In this document: piece after piece, positions 36,786-48,058 of the stretch | Layout of the letters: each line of letters opens with the position of its first letter | How positions within the stretch are numbered: the first letter of the stretch is position 1 | Assembly (NCBI RefSeq): GCF_018350175.1 | Contig: NC_058368.1 | Coordinates: 66,094,001-66,158,000, forward strand | Length of the DNA stretch: 64,000 bases | Direction: 5' to 3' | Origin: Felis catus | Lineage: Eukaryota | Translations under genes and position numbers: made by a program | The notes under the pieces: model-generated | Database searches by the model: none | Seen by the model: the letters and a program-made list of their open reading frames with translations, nothing else | What the model was told of the DNA's origin: nothing

Positions 36786-38179
36786 ATTGGGGGGAAAATG
36801 AATAGAGGAGACGTGCTCCATATTTCCAGGTTTAATTACGTGATGGCCCCATAGCCTCCTTTGGCTGAGTTTTCTTTGGAGTCTAACACTGCATGGGAAC
36901 TTGGATTTGTGGGCCTGAGCGTCCGGGAAGATCCTTTTGGATCCCTTGGAGAAACCCCGAACATCAAGCATTCCTATGTGGGCATAGTTCAGCCGACTGA
37001 ACTCCACTATGTATAGTAGAGTGGTCTCGATTCTTCTCTTTTTTAAAACCTTTAAACTCAGTGTTGTTAGCATTTTGCCAGTGCTGGCAGACCTCACGTA
37101 GGAGGCATAAATGATGTTTATGAATTCTTCTGTGAGGTCTTCGGCTGCACTAGGACAGATCCAATTTCATAACAGTTAAGAAATCTGAACACAGTGGAGC
37201 ACTAGAGAGCCCCTGTTCCCAATCCAGAAGCCAGGATGGTGGTACCCCTCCCTGGCTGTCAACCTCCCAAAAGATACAAGAGCACATTCCATCTGATTTC
37301 CTAGGGCTGAAGATTAGAAAGCCACAGGATTATGTAAAGCCTACATGGCCAAATTCACTGGCATCTCTCCTTCCGCACTATCACTGAATATCTTTGCCTG
37401 GATTTGGGGTTACCTTGGTAGGAGCTGTGACCCAATCTATCTTTCAGGCTTATCAGCCCAGGCAGTGCAGAGTCTGCAGGAGGCTGGGTGTTCATTTTCA
37501 CGTCCTCTTACCCATGGGCTTTTAGAGCACGGTCATTAGCATACAGCAGCTCCTGGATTACTGTACAAAGGACTTTTAATCATGTTTTAAATCAACCGAA
37601 TTGGAAGACTTTCTCAGAGAAACTTCCTGGTGCCAGCTTCTATGTCTTTTATTAAGTACTCAAGCATGGATGCATAAAATCAATTAAGCCTGAACCTATT
37701 ATGCTTTCAGTTCTTTACTTCACTGGCAAGGGAGAATATGGCTGATAATCTCATCAATTGTGACAAAATCAATTACAGTTCTCAGGTAGAGAACTTTAGG
37801 ATATCAGTGACCCCAGGGCAGTTAAAAGTGTTTAATACTTAATCAAGTCTCAGACTACTGAGACCATCAAATAATTTTGTAAAGCCAATGAATGAAGATA
37901 TCTTGATTTTTGTCCTCAAATTTCAGTTTCCAACATTCTGCTGTACTCAGACTCTAGAGCCATATTGAAATTCCAGAAGGACATCATCAGTAATGGCATT
38001 CGAAAATAAACCCTGATTGATTCAGGCCAGTTTTCTGTTTGGCTGAAGAGGAGATATAGTAACCAGTAAAGTTAAATTTCCTCCTTTTCTTCTGAAAGGT
38101 TCCTGTAAATTTCCTTAAAACGTAATGTATTGATGCAAAACCTATGCAATAATGATTATTATTTATAATTATTATAATT

Positions 38180-39030
38180 AACATTATGTGAGCATTTATT
38201 TTGTGTCAGGCTCTGAGTTATGTATGGTCAGTTCTCTTAATTCACAGTAGTTATGTTGTACAAAGCCACTGTGCATGTGAGCCCTGAATTAGCGCACACT
38301 GAATTATTGCTCCTGGGGGAAATACAGGGTTAGGTTTCTGTGAGTCTGTGTTCACAACATTCTCATCAACCAATCAATACATAACTTTGTTTTATACGTT
38401 TCTCCTTAAGGACACCTTTTTAATGTATATTGTTAATTCATTAATGTTGACCTCATGGCCAACAGCACTCTAACTCATGCCTGACTCATGAAATGCCTGA
38501 CTCATGAAAGCACATCCCAGCTTTCTTGATCTGAGAAACACCAGACAGCACTTAGGCTCTACACTTTTTAAACAGTGAAATCACCAACAAAGAGCACAAA
38601 AATGTGGAAAACATAGCACTAAATAGGCTGCAAAAAGGACACTGGTTTACAACTCAAAAGCTGAGACAAGAAGGCAGACCCTTATTTTGTTCAACCTCAT
38701 TTGGGAATGCGGACATCAGGTCAAATTTTTTGTAGCTCTTCCTGTGCCCATATCCATGAATAACTTCAAGTATTGAGCTGTAGGTTACAAACAAATTTTA
38801 GCAAGCAGGCGAATTTGCAAATACAGAATCTGCAAATAACGAGTATCAACTGTATTGAGCAAGCATTACTTTATTTCACCTCAACACCACAAAATGGGAG
38901 TGAGTATAATCACAGTTTTATAAATGAATAAATGGAAACTTGTGGGGTGTGGGGCAGTGAGTGAATGAACCAAGGCCACACAGTTAGTGTGAAGAAGAAC
39001 CAAGATTAAGACCCTACCTGTCTGACTCTA
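38180..39030 (-). mobile_element. MIR split by MER82
   Basis: gagcatttattttgtgtcaggctctg lies left of MER82; ccaaggccacacagttagt and tgtctgactc lie right of it. Confidence 0.65.
38225..38852. mobile_element. MER82-like (TcMar-Tigger) DNA transposon, near full length
   Basis: TA flanks at 38223 and 38853; internal ttgctcctgggggaaatacagggttagg; terminus aatctgcaaataacgagtatcaactg. Confidence 0.85.
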
Positions 39031-40048
39031 TAACTTAATTACTTCACAGTGGCTCTAACCTCTCACCTGCCAATATATTGTGATGTTTGAAATTATCAGA
39101 TTATGCAGCATCATACCTGGAAGACCAGAATTGTCCCTGGCTCTAGCAGGACCTCAAAGTCGAAAGGGAAAGTTAATTTTTGCTGCTTTGGTAGACTCTG
39201 CATTTTGGGGACTTCTTACCCAGTCACAGAAGTCAATGGATACCCAAGTGTTTCTATCATTTCATCAAGATGTACCTCTTCTCTGCGATGTGGTTGGAAC
39301 CCATTATCTGTAATGCTGTGAAAGGCTTAAAAGAAGAACAAATAGAGAAAATCCTCACCAAAAAAAATCATTATTTACCTGACTATGAAAATGGTAAAAG
39401 TGGAAGGAGAAACACTCAAAGTAGGGAAACCACTTCAGTACCACTTGAACGTTTACCATTTCTGTAGCAGGATGTAAAGATGTACTTTGCAATTTTAGGT
39501 ATCTCTACTGAAACAAACAAAAACGTCTGAAGGAGTCTGATATTGTTGATATTCTCGTTCTGGAATGGAAGTGAGCTATGCCGTCTACTAACCTGATTCT
39601 AGTTTTGTAAATCAATCATTAGAGCACTTCAAAATCATAGAAAAGGTAATATTATTTTGATTCACTTTTGGATAACAAAGCAGCCAAATGATTTATGGTG
39701 TTCTGAAGGAGATCGCACAAAAACATTTGCATCAGAAATATAATAGATGTAGCCAGCCCAAGTCGACAAGCAATTAATTTTGTCACTTAGACCTCTGGAG
39801 CCAGTGATCCATGAATTGGTATTCACTAGGTGGTTATTTAAATCTAATCTTGAAAATTTGATATAGTCCTTGCTCATTAAAATATGAAAGATGATGATGA
39901 GCAGAAGATATGTGTGCTTGGGATTGTCAGTTTCAACCTGGGTTATGGAGTCACTAAAATGAAAAGAGAACACAGGAGTCATAACCCCTTTTAATTCCAT
40001 TCTTCACTATGGTAACTGGCAAGGAAGAAACCACAGAGCCATAGATCA

Positions 40049-40050
<2 letters not shown>

Positions 40051-40096
<46 letters not shown>
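40051..40096. repeat. (GT)23 microsatellite
   Basis: Read directly. Confidence 0.98.
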
Positions 40097-40099
<3 letters not shown>

Positions 40100-41296
40100 A
40101 AAAGTATCTTAAGCATATATTTTTAATTCTGTGTAGTTCTAAAGAATGAACACTGGCTTACAAGATTCAGAAGTTATTTGAATTTATTTCATGTAATGAC
40201 CTGATGGCAGAAGTTGTAAAATGAAGCCATCTGGATGTGATCAGCACATCTAATCCTGGAGAGAGCTCACTGAGTATTCCATGTACATGCAGTGTTCCTG
40301 TGAAGTTTGAAATGATGCTAGCACAGGCAAAAGTATAAGAAAATTGGCCCTGAAATCTAAATGTATGCATTTGAAAATGCAGTATTTCAATTAAATATGA
40401 AAGAGAGTCCTATGGCTGTGGAAAAATACTCAAGGACAATAAATGCAGCAACAGGACGGAGCTTTCCTCACATTGCTATTTATTTAGCTTCTTCCCAAGT
40501 TAATATCAGGGCATCATTCAACTTTACAATGACCCTGGATTCAGCCACAGAGCTTGAAGATGTTACTTCTGTTATTTCTGAAAAGGAACAGCTGAAGGCT
40601 TCCTTCTTATTTCTCCTGTTCAGAGGGAAATTGTACAGTTTTAACAGGGTAGAGATGGGAAAGCAATAGTGCTGGAGGAACAAATGATATTATGGCTTAG
40701 ATATGTCCACAAGTTTGAAAACTTAATCACATAGCTTAATCATAGCTTTAAACAAACATGGCTGCCTATCTGCGTATCAGCAGAGGAAAAGCTGTTACAG
40801 AAATTATCGGCACCTCTTGCTTCTCTATAAGCCCAGAAGTACCACAAAGCCTCCTCAATATAAAGGTAAAATATTACACATAGCATTTAAATATGGCTTG
40901 GTTCAAACTGAGAAGTCATGAGAAAAAGATACAAACATTGGAAAAAGAGTTCTCCATTGGTAATTCCATTTCTCATGGCCTGGTATTAGGAATGTTTTCC
41001 TTCTATTTCCTTCTGGTTTTGTCCAAATTTACCTCAAAACATGAGCAGTGCTCTTCCTCTATAAAAAAGAAATTGAAGTAAAATTTGCAGAACCTCTTAA
41101 ATTAGCTCCATTTTATGATTTTATTTCAATTATTTGCTCGGTCTTAAAGAAATTGTGAAACTCAACAGTAGACTAATCAGGACTCTACAACACTAATGTA
41201 GATTACTTTTCCCTTCATTTTAACAGCACTTACATATTTAACATGTATGCTTTCTAGGGCAATTAATTTATGAAGAATTGTGGAATGCCTACTATG

Positions 41297-41477
41297 TAGG
41301 ATTACTAAATTCAGCAAATAAAAATTCAGAACACCCAGTTGAATTTGAATTTCAGATAACCAACAAATATTTTTTTAGTATAAGTATGTCTTAAATATTG
41401 CAATGCTAAAAAATTATTTCTTGATTATCTGAAATTCAAATTTAACTGGCCATCTTATATTTTATATGGCAACTCTA
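41297..41477. mobile_element. MER53 palindromic hAT MITE
   Basis: Arms cagttgaatttgaatttcagataa and ttatctgaaattcaaatttaactg are near reverse complements; termini taggattact ... ggcaactcta. Confidence 0.9.
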
Positions 41478-41898
41478 CCTACAGGAAAGGCTTCATGCTA
41501 GAATCTCAGAGGGATACATAAAAAGTTAGATTTGGGCATTACCTTGACAGAAACATGCCTATAAATTAAGATAAAAAGTAACCAACAATGTTGAATTCTC
41601 TAAGATATGCACACAGAATGTCAATGAGTTAAAAAGACCAAAGAAAGAGAAGTACTGGGAAAGGAATGCCCTGGAAGTAGTGAGTTTTCCAACTTTGTTA
41701 ATATGTGGTATATGAAAAAGAGGTTAGCAGAGAGTAAAGGTGAGACCAGACTCATCCCAGGCTAAGGAGTTTAAACTTGGTTCTCCAGATCAGCACTGTA
41801 CAGTTAGAAAAATGAAGAAAGCTACAGATACAAATCACAGATGTAATTTTTAGATTTTCTAGTAGCCTTAGTAAAAATGTAAAAAGAAGCAGGTGGGC

Positions 41899-42110
41899 GG
41901 GGCGCCTGAGTAGCTCAGTGGGTTAAGTGTCCAACTTCAGCTCAGGTCATGATCTCACAGCTCGTGACTTCAAGCACCATGTCGGGCTCTGTGCTGACAG
42001 CTCAGAGCTTAGAGCATGCTTCAGATTCTTTGTCTCCCTCTCCCTCTTCCCCTCACCCACTTGTGCTCTGTCTCTCAAAAATACATAAACATTAAAAAGA
42101 TTTTTTTTAG
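41899..42110 (+). mobile_element. Can-SINE
   Basis: ggggcgcctgagtagctcagtgggttaag; TSD aaagaagcaggtgg (41883) / aaagaagcaagtgg (42111). Confidence 0.95.
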
Positions 42111-42119
42111 AAAGAAGCA

Positions 42120-42598
42120 AGTGGATAGTCACCCCCCAAAATGACCCCTGGTGAGTCATGCTCTTATGCAGGCACTTCCATCAGTGGATTAGGGCTGGCC
42201 TTGTGCAGCCAGTAGAATATAGCAAAAGTGATGGTGTGTGACTTATGCAGATAGGCTTTAGCAAATATTGTACCTTCAGCCATGGTCTGTTAGTTCACTT
42301 TGTCTGTGCAAAGCCAGGGGTCATGGCACAAAGGCACTTAGGAAGCCCCATGGAGAGGCCTCAAGACAACAGCTGGAACCAACATCCAGCCATATGTGTG
42401 AACCACTTTAGAAGGAATCTTCTAGCCCAGGTCCTGATATCTGACAGCAACTGCATGAAAAAATGCAAGTGAGGACCTCCCCATCAAGGTCTTTCCAAGG
42501 TCCAGAATAGAAACTAGAAGAGATAATAAATGATTACTGTTGTTTAATACCACTAAGTTTTAGTTGTGATTGGTTATGCAACAAGAGTTAACCGTACA
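42120..42598 (+). mobile_element. MLT1 (ERVL-MaLR) solo LTR
   Basis: agtagaatatagcaaaagtgatggtgtgtgactt, ccatggagaggcc, aataaatgattactgttgttt, ccactaagtttt, end ttatgcaacaagagttaaccgtaca. Confidence 0.82.
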
Positions 42599-42918
42599 GT
42601 GGTTAAATGAATTATGGTTCTTCCATACCATGAATATCCTATAGCAATTAAATTATCCTACAGCAATTTATAGTTATTTGCAGCTATCTCTGATTAATCT
42701 TAAAAAGCAAAACTGCTAAGTAGCATGTATTGCATGATCTTATATATTTTTATAAATTGCATTTGTATGGATAGAGAAAAGTCTGAAAGGATATTCACCA
42801 AATTATAGATAGGAAATGTCTATAATGGTGAGAATATGGATCATTTTCATTTTATTCTTTCTAACTTTAGGTATTACCCAAATTTGTATCAATTAACATG
42901 TATTTATTTTATAATAAA
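42599..42918 (+). mobile_element. Old L1M 3' end fragment
   Basis: ggttaaatgaattatggt, gagaaaagtctgaaaggatattcaccaaa, catgtatttattttataataaaaa. Confidence 0.7.
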
Positions 42919-43979
42919 AAGAGCAGATGAAACAAATTTTAATATAATTTATTTAACTCAGTATATCCAAAATATTATCATTTCAACATATAATTGGTAT
43001 AAAATTATTGAGATAGGTTGTTTTTATTTTGTTTTGCTTATTAACTGTTCAAAATCTAATGTGCAATTTGTACTTTTAGGACACTTTAATTCAGCTGGCC
43101 ACGTTTCGAGAGATAGATAGTCCCATGTGGCTTGTAGCCCACACGTTGGACAGCACAGCTCTAGAGAGTGAGGAATTAGTCTGTGAGCAGAAGAGTCACG
43201 TGGTATCAGAGGGGCACTTCAGGTCAGCCATGTGATTACATAAGCTGAATTGGAGAGGTTGGAAAGGGAAAGAACATTAATAGGGCATCTAGTAATGCGT
43301 GAAACACAAAGAAAACCTGACCTATCATGGAAATACAAAAGGGGATAAGGGAATTCCAACAGAGGTGGTGTTTACTAATGCTTATTCTATCTACAGTAGG
43401 TTTTTACTCCCCGGCCTGTGTGGACAGAAGCAGATAACAGAGACATTTTCTCTGATGTCATCAAACATACCACCCAAATAGAGAAAGCCACACAGCTTTC
43501 TTTGAGTGGAAAGATCTTTAGTCAGAAGGTTCTCAAATTGCATATAGAACTACATAAGGGGCGGGGGGGGGGGAGCAAAAGTTTTGCAGTAAAGGCTTCT
43601 TCTTGGAATTTTTCACTTCTCCCAGTTTCTAAAGCTAAACGCAGAAATATATTTTTAACAGAGCGGAAATGTCTTAAACTTTCTTTCGTACTGACAACTT
43701 AAAATACAGAATTCTATTTCATTGGAATTTGTAAACTGAGAAAAAAAAATTGTATAAGTATAAAAGGAGGCAAGAAGGGACTACATCACTGAACCTGCCA
43801 CAGAATCAGAAATTTAAATGTATCTCGGGACCCATTTTTTTGTCATGAGAGAAATGTTTCTATTGAGTCACTGAGAAAATAGGGTTCTAGCTATAGTTGT
43901 TCGCATATATACTTTTTAATGAATGAACCTTGTCATTAGCCAGGCCCCTGTGTATAAACCAATGTATTTGAGAGGGACT

Positions 43980-44180
43980 TTATTGTTTTAGAGTGTTTCA
44001 CATCCATTATTCCATACGATTTTTCCCCCAGTAACTCCCATGAATATAGCATTTATTACCTACATTTTGCAGATGAGGAAATTGAAACTCTGAGAGAAGG
44101 AACTTGTTTCTCAATCACAGAAGTCATAGGTGAGATCATAAATAAAATCCCAGGCATTTGTATTCAAGCCTTAACACTTT
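43980..44180 (-). mobile_element. MIR
   Basis: cattttgcagatgaggaaattgaaactctgagaga resembles the MIR core. Confidence 0.75.
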
Positions 44181-44816
44181 GCCAGAATTCACCATATTAG
44201 ATAAGACCTTTGTTTCCAATAAATTGAGAACCATGTCTGTAGCTACAGCCAAATAGAATATTCAGAGTCTCTTGGGAATACACGGTAAGCATTTTAGAGT
44301 GGATGAATTTTTAAATGTTAAATATTAAGATGAACAAATGTCAGGGTATATGAGGAAAAACCAGAAGGAAGAGAATTGATGATTCCATTTTCTTCAAAAC
44401 TTGGCTGCTACGACAATGAGTCTATAATAGCTCGTGACAGTAGAATAACAGTAAATGTAATATTCACTAACACCAGTAAAATGTTGAGGAATGAGACTAA
44501 AACATAAGATAGAACTTTTTTTAAATGTCAATATAAAGATAGAAATATTTCAAAGTAAAAAGGACTATAAAGTTAACATCTATTGATCTTAATGATAACA
44601 ATATGTTTAATATATTTTCCATGTGCCATCGTGAGACATTTTCTGTAAAATGCTTTAGATTACTTATGAAAGTGCCAGGATAAAGCCATGGACTCACAAA
44701 AATTTAGTTCTACGGTGATTCATTTGACAAAAATGTTTTGAGTAACTATAATGCACTTAGCACAACAAGCACATAGTAAGTGCTCAAGTTTATGTAATAG
44801 TATTAACATTAAAAAA

Positions 44817-45043
44817 TTTTTTTTGATGTTTATTTTTTTTAAAGAGAGAGAGAGAGAGAGAGAGAGAAACAGAGCACAAGCAGGGGAGGGGCACAGAGAG
44901 AAAGGGGGATACAGACTCTAAAGCAGGCACCAGGTTCTGAGCTATCAGCACAGAGCCCAACACAGGGCTTGAACTCACAGACTGTGATATCGTGACCTGA
45001 GCTGAAGTCGGATGCTTAACCAACTAAGCCACCCAGGTGCCCC
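44817..45043 (-). mobile_element. Can-SINE
   Basis: Full antisense body; 18-bp TSD tgtaata(g/t)tattaacatt (44793 / 45044). Confidence 0.96.
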
Positions 45044-45157
45044 TGTAATATTATTAACATTTTCAGTAAAGAAAATATCCAATAACATAATGGATGTGAA
45101 AATAGTTTGAAGACAATAAAACAATGTGCAAATAAAGGTCTGATTAAAATGAGACAG

Positions 45158-45317
45158 GCTCTTGTTTAATGAGGATAGAGTTTCAGATTTGCAGGATGAA
45201 AAAGTGCCGGAGATTTGTTTCACAATAATGTGAATGTACTTAACACTACTGAACTGTCCATATAAAAATAATTAAGACGGCAAATGTTATGCTGTGTGTT
45301 TTATCATAATAAAAACA
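45158..45317 (+). mobile_element. Old L1M (L1MB/MC-like) extreme 3' end
   Basis: gtttaatgaggatagagtttcagatttgcaggatgaaaaagt and aatgtgaatgtacttaacactactgaactgt; possible TSD aaatgagaca / aaatgaggca. Confidence 0.8.
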
Positions 45318-47837
45318 AATGAGGCACCACAGCAGGAGGAAAACTTGGAAGGGATTCGGGGAAGACTCATGTCATTAACACGTTATCAATTGCCCTGTCT
45401 GTCAAGGGCTGTCACATTGCACTAGTTTCCTTCTGCCCTCTTCTTCCACAGGCAGGGTAATTTGAGGCCACCAGGGCACACAGACCAACTGACTGCTACA
45501 ACTTTCCATTTGTAGCTCTTAAAAATGTTAAAAGAAAATAAAGTCACCATTCTGTAAATAAAAAACCACATCAGGAAATTTCCCTCATTTGAAAACACTG
45601 CTAATATCAACAACAACTAAAAACATCAACACAAAGTCTCAGGTTCTGAGGGAAATGTACCTGAAGACAATGAGAGTCAGACATGATGTCCGTGAAGAAA
45701 CTTAATATGGAGACTCTCCGATGCCATTTACTTCTACTTGTGACCCATTTCATGGGATCCTTCTTTCACAGCTGTGGTTATACAGTGCCAAACAGTTTAA
45801 TATAAAGTGGAAAAGAATCAGGTGTTTCACTTATAGGAAGTCAAGCATTTGGACATTTCAGACACAAGTCATTGATTGGTTGATATGTGACCATTGTAGA
45901 CCATCTTGGGCACATGTTGCCTTCTTTAACCTAACAATCTAGAAAGTCATAAAAGGATGTAGGCTGAGGAAAGAATGACACAATTTGTTAGGTACAGAGT
46001 TTCTTCAATATTAGAAAGATTTTAGAATGTTTATCAAATTTCAATATCCTCCAATTATTTTGCAGTCACACAGACAGAGCCCCTGTGAGAAAGAATGCAG
46101 GCAAGAGTAGGCAAGGGACCCAGGCTGTTAGGAATCTTTTGATTCTCTATGAAATACGTCCATTTACCACAGGTGGATTCTTTTAGTGTGTTGGGTTGTT
46201 TCTTTCTTAAGTAAATACGGGTGAGCCTGAGGAGTTTATAAATGATTTTCTGAGGAGGAAAGATGGGAGATTCAACTTTAGCATGCTTTAGTCTGATTTC
46301 CTAAGAGGCAGGAGTTTAATCTTGCTGAAGTGTCTTGATGCACATTATTTGACTATATGAGAAGGCAAAAAATATTTGACAGGACAATAAGACTAATATA
46401 TATCTATATATTTTTTTATTTCTTGACATTCTGCATTTATTTGGGAATAAATCTGCAAATTTCTGCTTAACATAGTCAGTATGCATATCATGAGGGGCTA
46501 CACCCATAGAAATAAATTTATATACCCATGAACTTGAAAGCCGTGTGAAGCCCTTAGCAGTCTACAAGAATGCATGATGACTGCAGTAAAAAATATTTAT
46601 CCTACAAGTGAGGAGAGAATTGATTGCTCTAGAGAGCTAACGCCATAACTAATTCACAGAGACTCTTTCTTATGACGAAGATAAATAGTCTATGTCATTC
46701 TGACCCATAAAGTATACTGTTTTTACAACAGACTTATTGTAATAATTCATTTTAAATGCCTTATGGACATATTTTCTAGTGATTTCCAAACAAGAATCAT
46801 TTGGTATTCTTGTTTTCAAAATAAATTTGGGGATTAAAAATAGTAGCATTGAGTAGCATTGTTATGTTGGCTTCAGAAATACAGAGATATAATATTGCAT
46901 ATAATATGTAAATGTTCCCTTCTTGATATTTCCCACAGAAATATTATTGTACACATTCCTGGGTATTTTTGCACTTTAAAGCTCATTTGGGGAGATACTG
47001 AAGCTACATGTAGGCAACCTTATTTGCAAGTGAATAAATGGACAATAACTAGTCTCTGATGTGATTTTTTAATCCACGTAAAAATAATTTCCTATTTCTT
47101 TTCATGCACTGCTTTGCCACTGTTCTCTCAATTTGAAACTCATTTTTTCTTAAAAGGTAAAGGCATACACTTACCTCTGTAAATTCTTTGACACGTTTTT
47201 AATCCAGTATAAAAAGTTTGGCACTTTGTCTTTTTTAATTAGAAAGTTGATGGAAGGTAGAAGTGCATAATAGAGGATCTGGGGACAGGGCACTGTGAAA
47301 GCATTTTAATAAACCATTTTACTTTTGGTTCATGTAAATCATCTTATCGGATGGCTTAGAACATATTTGAGTGCCTTGTATACTAGGCTTAATGTTGGCA
47401 AAAAGGGAAGCTATTTTAAATGGAAGGCTGAGTTAAAATGGCATGAATTAGAAATGTTTGTTTTGATATCTTATTAGACGTACTGATTTCATAGACTGTT
47501 AGCCTGAATTAGAGTTGACAGTAACTGCAGACATCAACTGATATAACGTCTCATATTTACAGATGAAGAAAATCAGACACAAATAAGTAAATGTTCCCAA
47601 GTTGCACAGATAATTAAACAGCAACAAAGAAATAAAACTAAACAAATAAGTTTTTATTCTTACAATTTATTGGAAGGAAATGGAGCTCGGAAGAGAAAAA
47701 TCAAAGTAGCGATATGAATTTTTTTTCTAACGCAATATCCTCAAATGTGGTGTCCCAGAATACAAGACAGAAGATTGGAGACATAGGCATTGTTTTCTGC
47801 ATCCCCAGATTTGGCGTCACTTAAACAGAGGCTGGCT

Positions 47838-48058
47838 TTTAATTTTTTATTGAGGTATAATTGACTTACAACACTATATTAGTTTCAGGTGTATGACACA
47901 ATGACTCAGTGGTTGTACATATTGCAAAATGACCATCACCATAAGTCACACTAAGTCATCACCATACATAGCTATGAAAATTTTTTCTTGTGATGAGAAC
48001 TTTTAAGATCTACTCTCTTAGCAACTTTCAAATATGCAATTCAGTATTAATAACTGTA
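47838..48058 (-). mobile_element. L1MA8/9-like 3' end
   Basis: tttattgaggtataattgac and tgtgatgagaacttttaagatctactctcttagcaactttcaaatatgcaat. Confidence 0.85.

Larger units (their letters stand above)
41791..43158. mobile_element. MER33-like hAT-Charlie element split by nested insertions (halves 41791-41896 and ~42916-43158)
   Basis: Ends cagcactgtaca ... ttggacagcacag; internal tgtaatttttagattttctagtagcc and tatatccaaaatattatcatttcaacat; 8-bp TSD ctccagat / ctctagag. Confidence 0.82.

Noticed and set aside
36985..37003. Small hairpin agttcag-ccga-ctgaact
   Set aside because: A 7-bp stem is expected by chance in 64 kb; too short for a pre-miRNA
41297..41477. miR-1302 gene
   Set aside because: The 5'/seed part of the mature sequence is deleted in this MER53 copy
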